A stretch of DNA of 64,000 nt, from contig CAWDSG010000002.1 of NCBI GenBank assembly GCA_963804975.1, positions 405,015-469,014 on the forward strand. Reading direction: 5' to 3'. Under the pieces are notes generated by a model. The model had not been told where the DNA came from, made no database searches, and was given only the letters and a program-made list of their open reading frames with translations. Positions within the stretch are counted from its first letter, which is position 1; the number at the start of each line of letters is the position of its first letter. A program made the position numbers and the translations under genes. Positions 1 through 10,029 of the stretch are shown in pieces. The DNA comes from an uncultured bacterium (lineage in GTDB: Bacteria; Patescibacteriota; Minisyncoccia; Phycocordibacterales; GWA1-40-21).

Positions 1-246
1 AGGAACATCAATTTTTGCTGAAGAAATGCGATGGCGAATAAGCTCTTCCACTATTTCCGCCCTAGCACTTCCAAATTCGAACTGAGAACGAAAATGAAGC
101 AGTTCTTCAAGTGTTTTTATCGAATAGAGAGTGTCTTTAAATGATCCAATATCACAATCCCTCATAGGAAAGGTTGTGGGGCTTGGTAGTTCCGGAAACG
201 TAAAAACCATTTCAACAAATTCAACTTTCTTCTCTTTTTTAGCCAT
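1..246 (-). CDS. Hypothetical protein, 5' part (runs off the window edge; not in the ORF track)
   Basis: ATG at 246 opens MAKKEKKVEFVEMVFTFPELPS... with no stop to position 1. Preceded by AAGGAG (SD) and TTGACT-17-TAAATT (338-310). Confidence 0.65.
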   Translation of the reverse strand, partial: MAKKEKKVEFVEMVFTFPELPSPTTFPMRDCDIGSFKDTLYSIKTLEELLHFRSQFEFGSARAEIVEELIRHRISSAKIDVP

Positions 247-339
247 AATCTGTCTCCTTAAAATCCAAGTTAAAGAACCATCTTGTTTGTACTTCAAACT
301 GCTGATACAAATTTAACGCAAATTATTAAAATAGTCAAA

Positions 340-945
340 TTAAATAGGAAAACCAATGTAAGCTTTGAGAATTTTCTTGCCGCTGATTGCTAGCGCAATT
401 GATCTCATGGAACCATCGTCAATATCCCCTTTAAGTTTTTTCTTCAAGCCCTTTCTGCCATTTGTGCCTGTGCCGCCTTTAAAAATAATCGGCAGTAAAT
501 ACTTTTCCTTTTGCAAAAGGTGTATATTTGTTTTCAGCATATTGGAAATGCCATATCGTGATCTTTTTTTAAGAAGCTCGGGATTATGATTTAAAGCATA
601 TTTCACTTTTTGTGCTGTTTCAGAAAGTGAACCATTCGTCCATGATAAAGGCAGACTGCCGGCTTTTTTCCAAACCCCGACTTCGCTAATTTTTACTTCT
701 CCTAAATACCATCTGCTATTATTATAGGCAACTAATCTTTTCCTCCATAGGCCCGCTATAATCTTATTTAACTGAGATTCTTTTAATTTAATTGTTTTAA
801 TTTTAACGAGTCGTAATTTTTGTTTAAAAATCTTTTCTGGAACAAAATTCAGATGTTTCCTCCTATTTTTCTTTGTACCGATAAAATCGGAAATTACATA
901 GGCGCGTTTTACTTCAATTATTCTTACTGGTTTGAGAATTTTCAT
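340..945 (-). CDS. Hypothetical basic protein
   Basis: 201-aa ORF directly downstream of the GH130 gene. No family recognised; IDDGSMR only weakly recalls a ParB/Srx-like motif. Confidence 0.6.
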   Translation of the reverse strand: MKILKPVRIIEVKRAYVISDFIGTKKNRRKHLNFVPEKIFKQKLRLVKIKTIKLKESQLNKIIAGLWRKRLVAYNNSRWYLGEVKISEVGVWKKAGSLPLSWTNGSLSETAQKVKYALNHNPELLKKRSRYGISNMLKTNIHLLQKEKYLLPIIFKGGTGTNGRKGLKKKLKGDIDDGSMRSIALAISGKKILKAYIGFPI

Positions 946-948
946 ATA

Positions 949-2868
949 TTACAGCAAAGAATCCAACAATTTTTTTATCGGCACGGTTGCAACACATACG
1001 ACATCATCAGCTCCGCCATAATAAATGAACAGTGTGTCACCTCGCAAAACCGTACCGCATGGAAAAACAACTCCTGATGTTACGCCTACTTTTTCATACG
1101 GCATTTCCGGATCAAAAATCGGAGGGCTTGTTCTAGCAAGCACATTTCTTGGATTTTTCAAATCAAGCAAAGCGAGACCGATGCGATAAGTGTGATGGTT
1201 TGAAGAGACGCCATGATACAAAAGCAGCCAGCCCTTTTTTGTTTTTATCGGAGGAGCGGTGATTCCGACCTTGTCACTGTCCCAATTCCCAGGCCTTGGC
1301 AGCATGATCGGCGTGCCGCGCGTAAGCAAGAGATTGGAAAAATCAAATGAACTGAATTTATCGGCGCAGATATCCGAATTTATCCGATGGAGAATCATAT
1401 AGTCATCCCCCACTTTTTCAGGAAATATGCATGCATCCTTGTCATCCACGCCATATGGCGAAATCAAAAACGGTTTTGTCCAATTCCATAGTTTATTCAA
1501 AAAATCATTCAAATATATGGAGGTAAGCGCCACACGAGGAGGATTTACTCCGTCATACGCCGTATAACACATATAAATTGTGTTCCCAATGAGCGTCAAC
1601 CGAGGATCCTCGCAACCGGAATTTCCGGGACGGTTTTTCATTTCAAACGGCTCTCGCGGAACATATATCGGTTTTTCACTTCTATTTTTGATCGTAAATC
1701 CATCATCACTTTCGGCATACCCGATAGTTGAAGTGCTGTCATTTGACATCGCCCGATAAAGAATACAGGTTGTATTCTCGATTTGAATTGCTGCAGGATT
1801 GAAAACGCCGTTCTTTTCCCAATCATATCCTTTTCTTGACATAAGGATCGGATTTTTGTCATATCTTGTAATAAAGGTATTCAAAGCATCCGGTTTCAAA
1901 GAAAACAGAAGATTATCCAAATTTACCGTTGCTTTGCAGCATACTGTATCAGCAGCGCCATAAAAAATTTCCAGATTATCTTTGTTTAAAAGAGCACCGG
2001 AAGGAAACACGACGTCCGACACTTGTCCGTATTTTTCATAAATTTCAGTCGGCGCAAACATAGGCCCTTTAGTTTTTCCGATAATTTTCTTTGGATTATT
2101 CGGATCCAAAAGCAATGTCTCCACTCCAAAAACCTTCACAAAAGGATTATTTTCCTTGAAATAGTTTTCAATATGTCCGTAAACGAGAAGCCATCCGTCT
2201 TTTGTTTTTACCGGAGGCGCGCCGACTTCAACCTGGTCCGCAGACGATCTGCGCGGATCAATCGTATGAGAATCGATTTCCGAATACCATTTTTTCCAGA
2301 ATTTTTCGCTATACATATCTTCGATTGCATCAAATTCTGCAATGCAGATTTTTGCCGGTGTCGGAGGAATATCCGTGTCAACTGATAAAATCGCAACTAT
2401 TTTACCATTGATTCTTTCCGGAAAAAGCGCCATTGCTTTGGAATTAAACGGTGTGATCAGACGCTTGCTTTCGATTTTTTGAAAATCTTTTGTAGTGGCA
2501 ACCGCAATTTTTATTCCGCTTGCGGAAAATGGATATGTTGAAAGCGCTGTATAAAAGATATAATATTTTCCTTCAAATTTTGTGACTCTTGGATCCTCGC
2601 AGCCATATCTTTCCCAGTCATATTCGGGGAATATCAGTTGCTTTCTGTCATGAAAATCAATGCCGTTTTTACTGTATGCATAGCCGATTGAGGAGATGCT
2701 TATATTTGCCCCATAATAATTTTCGGTTGAAGACATTGCCCTGTAAACATAATGCGTTGTCTCGCCATCTTTCACCGGACACCAGTTAAATACGGCTTTT
2801 TCCTCCCAAGGTTCATTGGTATTCGGATAAAGAATAGGATTATATAAAGATCTTTTTACAATAAACAT
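949..2868 (-). CDS. GH130-family beta-mannoside phosphorylase/glycosidase with two tandem domains
   Basis: Two repeats of NPIL..VFN..YRAM..GCEDPR..YTA..PP.KT..GWLL.Y..VVFP.G..YG.AD; no signal peptide. Confidence 0.9.
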   Translation of the reverse strand: MFIVKRSLYNPILYPNTNEPWEEKAVFNWCPVKDGETTHYVYRAMSSTENYYGANISISSIGYAYSKNGIDFHDRKQLIFPEYDWERYGCEDPRVTKFEGKYYIFYTALSTYPFSASGIKIAVATTKDFQKIESKRLITPFNSKAMALFPERINGKIVAILSVDTDIPPTPAKICIAEFDAIEDMYSEKFWKKWYSEIDSHTIDPRRSSADQVEVGAPPVKTKDGWLLVYGHIENYFKENNPFVKVFGVETLLLDPNNPKKIIGKTKGPMFAPTEIYEKYGQVSDVVFPSGALLNKDNLEIFYGAADTVCCKATVNLDNLLFSLKPDALNTFITRYDKNPILMSRKGYDWEKNGVFNPAAIQIENTTCILYRAMSNDSTSTIGYAESDDGFTIKNRSEKPIYVPREPFEMKNRPGNSGCEDPRLTLIGNTIYMCYTAYDGVNPPRVALTSIYLNDFLNKLWNWTKPFLISPYGVDDKDACIFPEKVGDDYMILHRINSDICADKFSSFDFSNLLLTRGTPIMLPRPGNWDSDKVGITAPPIKTKKGWLLLYHGVSSNHHTYRIGLALLDLKNPRNVLARTSPPIFDPEMPYEKVGVTSGVVFPCGTVLRGDTLFIYYGGADDVVCVATVPIKKLLDSLL

Positions 2869-4725
2869 TTAAGAAATAATTACTTTATTAATAGTCGGAA
2901 CTACTGCCATATCGTTTTTCAAACTCTCAAGAAGAATATTGAGCGGAACAGTTGCAACACAGACATACTTGTCTCCTCCGCCATAATAAATGAATAATTT
3001 TTCATTTTTTACCACAGCTCCGCAAGCATATACTATTCCCGGTTTCCAATCGTTTTCATACCACATATCGGGAGTAAGGATCGGAATGGACAATCTGGCT
3101 ATAATTTTTGTCGGATCATTCAAATCCAGAAGTATTGCGCCGATTTTGTATCTGCCTATTTCCGCGTCGTGAGCATGATAAAGAACAAGCCAGCCGTCTT
3201 TTGTTTTTACCGGAGCTGGACCGATGCTTCTCATACGGATATGCCATGCTATCTGCTTATTTGGCATAGCTTGAGGATCAGGACTTTCAAAATCAACATT
3301 TTCGGTATTCAAAGAATCAATATTTTCAACATATTCAATTAGAACATGGTCCGCTTCATCGGCGTGAAGATTATGAAGAATCGCGTACTTGCCGTTTATT
3401 TTTTCCGGAAACAAAACCCAGTTTTTGTGCCTTCCGATCGGCGAAATAAATTTCATCTCGCTCCATTTCCACACTTTATTGAGAAAATCCTGAACGGATA
3501 TGGAAATCATTCCGACTCTGATATTATCCCAATTATCAAAAGCATTGAATGTTACATAAATCCTATCATCGATCCTGACCATCCGCTGATCTTCGCATCC
3601 GCCCCAGCTTCCGCCGGAAGGATACATCACAGGATCAAATCTTTTTTCCACCGGCCGCAAGCCGAATTTTGAATATTCCAAAGCAAATACGGGATTCGGA
3701 TATATTTCATCAATATGTATTCCGTCCTTTGTTTTTGCATAGCCGATTCTTGAGATGCCGTCTTTTCCCATCGCCCTGAAAAGCAGATGTATTGTTCCGT
3801 CAATATTAACCGCTGTCGGGTTAAGCGTAGCAGCAGAGCTCCACCAGGATTCCGGTTTTGGCCCGATAATCGGATTATTTTTGTTTTTTTTGATTTTATC
3901 GAACGGTTTTAAAATAGATGGCCGGCTGAAAGGTATAAGCATTGAGGAAGAAATGGTGCCTTCTTTTTGCGAATGCCAATATATGGAAACCGTATCGCCA
4001 AAAAACAAGACGCCGATACATTTAAGATCAGATTCATATTTGATTTTCTTTTCAAAAATAGGGAAATCCGACCTCCAGATGACTTTTTTCGGATCAAGCG
4101 GCGAAATCAGCGCAGCGCCAATCTGCAATTTAATATGCTGATCAGCTCTGACGGAAGCGTCATAAAAAACCAAAATTCCTTTTTCGCAAGGTTTTGATGC
4201 AACGAATTTCAAATTGCCATTGTCAAAAAATCCAGGCCTTGATTTCAATATCGGTTCTTTTGCTTTTCCCCATTTTTTCAAATCTCCCGAAAATGCCAGA
4301 TTAATTGACGATTCCCCGTAATATAAAGCGTATTTGCCGCCGGAAAGCTCGGAAACTATTCCTCCTCTTTCCTTTATAGAAAGGTTATCGCTTATAACAG
4401 ACCATTTATTTACACCTCTTGAAATCGCAATAATAAGTTTTTTTGTCTTACCGGTTTTATAAGTAAAAGCAATGAGTTCTTTTTTCCCTATTTTAGATGA
4501 AACAATACTGTCTATTTTTTCCAATTTTATATTTTTCCCTGTTCCGGAATCAATAGTTATATTCTTCCTGATTTTTGAAAAAACAATGGATGATTTCCCT
4601 TTATTTGAAATTAAGAATATTTTTTTCGGATTTTCTTCAGATCTGCAAAAAATGAAGGATTTTTTATCACTGTTCAAAAAACCTACGGGATAAATCTTTT
4701 CTTCTTTTATGGTTTTTTTAATCAT
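2869..4725 (-). CDS. GH130-family protein (degenerate N-terminal propeller plus intact C-terminal GH130 domain)
   Basis: C-terminal half has NPII, LNPTA, FRAM, GCEDQR, KNWVLFP, GWLVLYH, YYGGGD. Start moved to the ATG at 4725 (MIKK). Confidence 0.85.
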   Translation of the reverse strand: MIKKTIKEEKIYPVGFLNSDKKSFIFCRSEENPKKIFLISNKGKSSIVFSKIRKNITIDSGTGKNIKLEKIDSIVSSKIGKKELIAFTYKTGKTKKLIIAISRGVNKWSVISDNLSIKERGGIVSELSGGKYALYYGESSINLAFSGDLKKWGKAKEPILKSRPGFFDNGNLKFVASKPCEKGILVFYDASVRADQHIKLQIGAALISPLDPKKVIWRSDFPIFEKKIKYESDLKCIGVLFFGDTVSIYWHSQKEGTISSSMLIPFSRPSILKPFDKIKKNKNNPIIGPKPESWWSSAATLNPTAVNIDGTIHLLFRAMGKDGISRIGYAKTKDGIHIDEIYPNPVFALEYSKFGLRPVEKRFDPVMYPSGGSWGGCEDQRMVRIDDRIYVTFNAFDNWDNIRVGMISISVQDFLNKVWKWSEMKFISPIGRHKNWVLFPEKINGKYAILHNLHADEADHVLIEYVENIDSLNTENVDFESPDPQAMPNKQIAWHIRMRSIGPAPVKTKDGWLVLYHAHDAEIGRYKIGAILLDLNDPTKIIARLSIPILTPDMWYENDWKPGIVYACGAVVKNEKLFIYYGGGDKYVCVATVPLNILLESLKNDMAVVPTINKVIIS

Positions 4726-4854
4726 TTTAAAATATAAAAAACACAAAAAATGCACTAAGAACTTTAAGCTGTCAATATTATATTATCTTTAAAAATATCT
4801 TGCAATATCAGCATTAATTGGTATTTTAGGATAAAAATATATATAATAAGCAGG

Positions 4855-5610
4855 ATGACAAAAAAAGTAATTGTTTTTGATTTGGATGGGACTCTTGCCG
4901 AAAGCAAACAAAATTTGGACAGTGAAATGTCTGCTCTTCTTTACGATCTTTTATACGTTAAAATGGTCGGAATAGTTTCCGGCGGAGGAATGGCACAATT
5001 TCAAAAGCAAGTTATAGACAAACTGCCGCGAGATAACGAAAGATTGAAAAATCTCATTATTTTCCCGACGAAAGGCGCAATGATGTACAAATTTGACGGA
5101 GAAAAATGGAATAAAGTGTATGAAGAAAAATTAAATCCGACGGACAAGAAAAAAATAATAAGCGCTGTTGAAAAAGCAAAAAAAGAAGTTGATTTCCTGC
5201 CGCAAAAAACTTATGGGGATGCTCTGGAAGACAGAGAAACCGAATTTACTTTTTCTGCTTTGGGGCAAGATGCGCCGCTTGAACTGAAGAGAAATTGGGA
5301 TAAGGACGTAGTAAAACGGCAAAAATTAAAAACATTGATTAAGGATTATTTGCCGGAATTTGAAGTGGAAATAGGAGGAAGCACTTCAATAGATATCACA
5401 AAAAAAGGCATAGATAAGGCCTTTGCAATCAGGCAGATTTGCAAATATGAAAATATTGCAATTGACGAGATATTATTCGTTGGAGACGCTTTATTTATCG
5501 GCGGAAACGACAGCTCAGTCAAGAAAACAGGCGTGGACACTATTGCAGTCAAAGATTATAATGAAACAAAAGAAATTATAAAAAATATAATTGAAGGAAA
5601 AATACAATGA
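4855..5610 (+). CDS. HAD-IIB hydrolase, eukaryotic-type phosphomannomutase-like
   Basis: FDLDGTL motif I, VSGG, EDR...FSALG, WD...KR, GGSTSIDI, FVGD...GGND as in PMM-type HADs. Confidence 0.8.
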   Translation: MTKKVIVFDLDGTLAESKQNLDSEMSALLYDLLYVKMVGIVSGGGMAQFQKQVIDKLPRDNERLKNLIIFPTKGAMMYKFDGEKWNKVYEEKLNPTDKKKIISAVEKAKKEVDFLPQKTYGDALEDRETEFTFSALGQDAPLELKRNWDKDVVKRQKLKTLIKDYLPEFEVEIGGSTSIDITKKGIDKAFAIRQICKYENIAIDEILFVGDALFIGGNDSSVKKTGVDTIAVKDYNETKEIIKNIIEGKIQ

Positions 5611-5954
5611 AAATCAAATTAGACATGCGGCCGTGGGGAAAAGAAGAATGGTTCATCGCAAAAGAACCGATACGAATGGTAAAAATTCTTACTTTCAAAC
5701 CGAATCAGGAGTGCAGCTTGCAATATCATTATCACAGAAAGGAATTTTGGAGAATTCTGGAAGGCAGTGCAATAGTAACGATCGGAAAGAAAAAAATCAG
5801 AGCGAAAGTCGGCGACAATTTTGAAATCAAGAAAAAACAGATACATAGGATGCAAGGACTTTCAAAAGGAGCTAAAATCCTGGAAATCCATTTCGGAAAA
5901 TTTGACGAAAACGATATCGTGCGGCTGGAAGACGATTACGGCAGAGTGAAATAA
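5607..5954 (+). CDS. Cupin, stand-alone type II mannose-6-phosphate isomerase C-terminal domain
   Basis: RPWG, SLQYHYHRKEFW, HRM, ENDIVRLEDDYGR signature; overlaps the upstream stop (ATGA). Confidence 0.85.
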   Translation: MKIKLDMRPWGKEEWFIAKEPIRMVKILTFKPNQECSLQYHYHRKEFWRILEGSAIVTIGKKKIRAKVGDNFEIKKKQIHRMQGLSKGAKILEIHFGKFDENDIVRLEDDYGRVK

Positions 5955-5956
5955 AA

Positions 5957-6076
5957 AAATAAGCGAGCAAAACATTTCGTTTTAAAAAGCCTAGCGAACG
6001 CGTCGGCGCGAGCTCGAGGAATTTTTCAGCAGAAAAATATCCGTGCTTTTTAAACGAAATGTTTTGCTAGCGATTT
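5957..6076. repeat. Long inverted-repeat element between convergent genes (REP-like, likely bidirectional terminator)
   Basis: Arms 5966-5990 and 6045-6068 pair with one bulge around a GC-rich core GCGTCGGCGCGAGCTCG. Confidence 0.75.
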
Positions 6077-7253
6077 ATTTAAATTTTCTCACTCGTTCAG
6101 CCATATCGGACATTTCATCCGTACAAACGACAAAAACTTTGACCGGAGAAAAAGCCGAATTTATTTTTTTATCTATACCGACAGTATTGTTATTTACTTT
6201 TTTATTGATTTTTATTCCCAAGGGTTCAAGACCTTTGCAAATCCTTTCCCTTATGACAAATGACCTTTCCCCTATCGTTCCGGAAAATACCAAAGTATCC
6301 AATCCGCCCATTTCCGCCGCATACGAACCGATATATTTCTTGATGCTCAAGATAAATTTCTGCATCGCAAGTTTGGCGTCTTTATCGCCATTCTTTTCAA
6401 GTTCCAAAAGATCCCTGACATCAGAGCTTTTGCCGGAAAGTCCGAGGAGCCCGCACTCGTTGTTAAAATAAGCTTCAAGCTCTGTCGTATTTTTGTTTAA
6501 TTTTTGCCCAAGATACATTACAGCGACAGGATCAATATCGCCCACGCGTGTGGACATTATAAGCCCCTGAAGCGGAGTATAGCCCATAGAAGTATCAAAA
6601 CTTTTTCCATTCTTAACGGCAATCACACTCAAGCCGCCTCCAAGATGACAAATTATCAATTTTTCAGGGAGATTGCCTTTGGCAGACAGTTTATTTACGA
6701 TTGAACCTGCGGAAATGCCGTGATATCCAAAATGAAATATATCCAAATTTTCAGAAACTTTTTTCGGTATAGCATAATATTTAATAAAATCCGGAACATC
6801 TTTATGAAACGCGCTGTCCGAAATTCCCACAATCGGCGTATTTGAAAATATTTTCCTGATTTCGGTTATTTCTTTCAATGTTCCCGGAACATGGCGCGGA
6901 GCTTCTTCTTTTTCGTCCGTTATTTTTGAAATGAATGATTGGTCAACAATTCTATCCGATTGAAAATAAGTTCCCGGAGCCACAACTCTAATTCCAATTG
7001 ATGAAATATCATCTTTGCTTGCAATAATTTTCATATCAGTCGCTTTTTTTATGAAATACTCCAGTGAATCATTAAAGATCTCCGTTGTAATATTTTGTGT
7101 TGCATCTTTCCCTTTTCTGCCGGTATCAAAAAAACTGACAATCGGCTTATTCGCTTCAATTTCAAAATGACCAAAAAATAATTCCTCCTTTTCATTATAG
7201 ATGGAATATTTCGCCGACACGCTCCCCGTATTTACAATTAAGTATTTTTTCAT
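6075..7253 (-). CDS. ackA: Acetate kinase
   Basis: NTGSVSAKY, GIRVV, APRH, DSAFH, GYHGIS, CHLGGG, DTSMGYTPLQG..MSTRVGD, FSGTIGE, TDE. Confidence 0.92.
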   Translation of the reverse strand: MKKYLIVNTGSVSAKYSIYNEKEELFFGHFEIEANKPIVSFFDTGRKGKDATQNITTEIFNDSLEYFIKKATDMKIIASKDDISSIGIRVVAPGTYFQSDRIVDQSFISKITDEKEEAPRHVPGTLKEITEIRKIFSNTPIVGISDSAFHKDVPDFIKYYAIPKKVSENLDIFHFGYHGISAGSIVNKLSAKGNLPEKLIICHLGGGLSVIAVKNGKSFDTSMGYTPLQGLIMSTRVGDIDPVAVMYLGQKLNKNTTELEAYFNNECGLLGLSGKSSDVRDLLELEKNGDKDAKLAMQKFILSIKKYIGSYAAEMGGLDTLVFSGTIGERSFVIRERICKGLEPLGIKINKKVNNNTVGIDKKINSAFSPVKVFVVCTDEMSDMAERVRKFK

Positions 7254-7258
7254 AATGA

Positions 7259-7525
7259 TTATTTCTTATTTGAAATACGCATCTTTTCCCTAAATTCTTG
7301 CTCTTTTTTTATTCTTTCCGCATCTTTATCAATTTCTTCTAATGATTTAATTGCATTTTCTTTGTGTTCTGAACAATAAAATGATCCTTCAATATAACAT
7401 TTAGCTTCAGAAAAACAGCTATCGTTATCGCATTGTGTCAATACATCTTTAACTGGTTCAATTATATAACCTTTTTCGCGAAGTTTTTCCTCCACACTTT
7501 TTTCAATTTTAGGTTCGGTTTCCAT
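7259..7525 (-). CDS. Small hypothetical protein with possible Cys/His metal site
   Basis: 88-aa ORF fitting the xfp-ackA gap; CDNDSC..C..YCSEH. Confidence 0.6.
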   Translation of the reverse strand: METEPKIEKSVEEKLREKGYIIEPVKDVLTQCDNDSCFSEAKCYIEGSFYCSEHKENAIKSLEEIDKDAERIKKEQEFREKMRISNKK

Positions 7526-7528
7526 ATT

Positions 7529-9928
7529 TTATTTCTTACCTTGCCACTTCCAATTCAAAATCTCTTCCGGATCGTCCCCCACTTTCAAAATATATTCTTT
7601 GTGCTCTTTGATTTTATTTTGATATTTTTCAATCAATTTTTTGGCTTTTTCTTTTTCAATTACTCCATTCTTTGCCATTTTTTCCACCGCTTCGATGAAC
7701 AGATTATATCTGTCCGCTTTATTCCTCATCAGAATATCAAGCGGAGTTGTGGTAGAGCCGCTTTCCATATAGCCATGCACCGAAAACCTGTCCAAGCTGT
7801 TCACATAATAAAACAAAATCTGCTGAAGAGTTTCCGGATATCCGTGAAAATTGAAAATAGCCGGCTTGTCCTTCGTAAAATATTTTTCAAATTCTCCTTC
7901 AGGAAGCTTATTGTAATGGCTGACCGTATTCGGAGAAATTTCCAGGATATTCACGAATCGTACTTTCACTTCAAGGGCTTCCTCTTTCAGTAATTGAACT
8001 GCCGCAAGAGCTTCTTTCACTAAGTACTGTCCGCAGCCGCATAAAACAACATCGGGATTTTCATCAGACGCAAAATCCCATATTGAAATTCCTTTCTCCA
8101 CTTCTTTTTTTGCCTGCTCAACAGTAAGCCATACCGGCTCAACACTCTTTTCGGAAACAATGACATTTATTTCATTTTTTGAAGACAAACATTTTTCGGC
8201 AATCAGAACAGCTTCGTTTTCGTCCGCAGGAAAATATACATTTATAAAATCGTGTTTTTTCAGCAATATATCCGCAATGAATCCGGGATTCTGATGTGAA
8301 AAACCGTTGTGCTCCTGCCGCCAACCGGTTGAAGAAATAATATAATTCAAAGACGGAATATCACCCCGCCATTTTGTCTCTCTCGCAATTTTCATAAATT
8401 TGCTGAATTGATCCGCCATGCTCGCTACGATCATAATAAACGACTCATACGAAGGAAAAACTGCAAACCTGCCCGAGAGCGCGTATCCTTGAGCGAGGCC
8501 TTGCAGGGAATTTTCCGAGAGTATTTCTATAACTCTGCCATCGCGAGCAAGGTCTATGTCCCACTCTTCTATTTTTCCGACAAAAGCACGGGGAGTGGCA
8601 TCAAAAATGTAATGCAGGCGATTTGAATAAGTTTCATCAGGAGAAAACATTCTGAAATTTCTTTTTTCTTTGTTTAATCGAACAACTTCGGCAAAATATT
8701 CGCCAATTTTTTGCATTGCGCCAACTGAGGTTTCGCCCGGAGCTTTTATTTTTGTTTCAAATTTTGAAATATCCGGCAAAATTAAATCCCGCGAATTATC
8801 TCCTTTTTTTATCCCGAATGCATGCTGATTGTCGCCCATTCTCAAACCTTCTTTAGGAATATTTTCTTCAATATCTTTTGAAAAACCGGTTTGTTGATTA
8901 AATAATTCATCAAATTTATAAGATTTCATCCATTTTTCCAGCGCTTTCAGCTCTTTTTTGTCCGTTTTCATTTCCCTGCCGACGATTTGATGAGAAAAAC
9001 AATTCCCCTCTACTTTCGCGTCAAATGCCTTGCCTCGTCCCTCAAGCGCCCAACTATTCAAATATTTGATGCCTGTCCAACCCTTCGGAGTTTTTAAAAC
9101 AATCATCGGGAATCTGTAATAATCTTCTCTCGGTTTGTCAGGATTTTCTCTTGCTTCCTTTTGAATCGCTCTGATGGACGCATAAGCAATGTCCAAAGCT
9201 TTAACCATTTTTTCATAAACTTTATCGTTGTGCCCTTCCACGATTATCGGCTTATATCCGTAACCTTTGAATAAAGATTTCAAATCCGAATTATTCATTC
9301 GGCCGAAAATTGTCGGTCCGGAAATTTTATATCCGTTCAAATGAAGTATCGGCAATACCGCGCCATTTTTTGCCGGGTCAATGAATTTATACAAATGCCA
9401 CGCGGTTGCCGCAGAAGCAGTTTCTGCTTCACCGTCGCCGACAAGACAGGCCACAATAAGGTCTGGATTGTCCAAAACTGCCCCGTAGGAAGTAGAAAGT
9501 GAGTATCCTAGTTCTCCACCCTCCAAGATAACTCCGGGCGTCGCTGGGCTTGAATGGCTTGGAAAACCGTAAGGCCAGCTGAAATTTTTTGTAATATAAG
9601 CAATGCCGTTTTCATCTTTTTTCGCTTCAGGATAATATTTTCCCAAAGTGCCTTCTAGAAAAACATTTGATTGGATTGCTGGAAAGCCATGACCGGGACC
9701 GAGCACGAACATCATATTGGCGCCTGTTTTGTTTATAAGATTATTCAGGCAAGCATATGTAAAATTGATTCCCGGACAAGTACCCCAGTGGCCGAGAAGC
9801 CGCGTTTTTATATCGTCAAAAGTAAGCTTATCATTTAATAAAAAATTGGATTGCAAATATATCTGCCCGACAGAAAGATAATTCGTTGCACGAACATATT
9901 TCTTGATTCGTTCGATTTCGTCTGACAT
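7529..9928 (-). CDS. xfp: Xylulose-5-P/fructose-6-P phosphoketolase
   Basis: GHWGT, GPGHG, EGGELG, GDGEAET (TPP motif), NGYKIS, SPDE, WRQEHNGFSHQ. Confidence 0.96.
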   Translation of the reverse strand: MSDEIERIKKYVRATNYLSVGQIYLQSNFLLNDKLTFDDIKTRLLGHWGTCPGINFTYACLNNLINKTGANMMFVLGPGHGFPAIQSNVFLEGTLGKYYPEAKKDENGIAYITKNFSWPYGFPSHSSPATPGVILEGGELGYSLSTSYGAVLDNPDLIVACLVGDGEAETASAATAWHLYKFIDPAKNGAVLPILHLNGYKISGPTIFGRMNNSDLKSLFKGYGYKPIIVEGHNDKVYEKMVKALDIAYASIRAIQKEARENPDKPREDYYRFPMIVLKTPKGWTGIKYLNSWALEGRGKAFDAKVEGNCFSHQIVGREMKTDKKELKALEKWMKSYKFDELFNQQTGFSKDIEENIPKEGLRMGDNQHAFGIKKGDNSRDLILPDISKFETKIKAPGETSVGAMQKIGEYFAEVVRLNKEKRNFRMFSPDETYSNRLHYIFDATPRAFVGKIEEWDIDLARDGRVIEILSENSLQGLAQGYALSGRFAVFPSYESFIMIVASMADQFSKFMKIARETKWRGDIPSLNYIISSTGWRQEHNGFSHQNPGFIADILLKKHDFINVYFPADENEAVLIAEKCLSSKNEINVIVSEKSVEPVWLTVEQAKKEVEKGISIWDFASDENPDVVLCGCGQYLVKEALAAVQLLKEEALEVKVRFVNILEISPNTVSHYNKLPEGEFEKYFTKDKPAIFNFHGYPETLQQILFYYVNSLDRFSVHGYMESGSTTTPLDILMRNKADRYNLFIEAVEKMAKNGVIEKEKAKKLIEKYQNKIKEHKEYILKVGDDPEEILNWKWQGKK

Positions 9929-10029
9929 AGGGAAATTATATCAAGCTTTTTATAAATAAAAAAGCTTGATTTGATTTTAAATAAAAAAAATGTTTTAATA
10001 AGAATAGCGCGAGAGCGCTTTATTTCATT

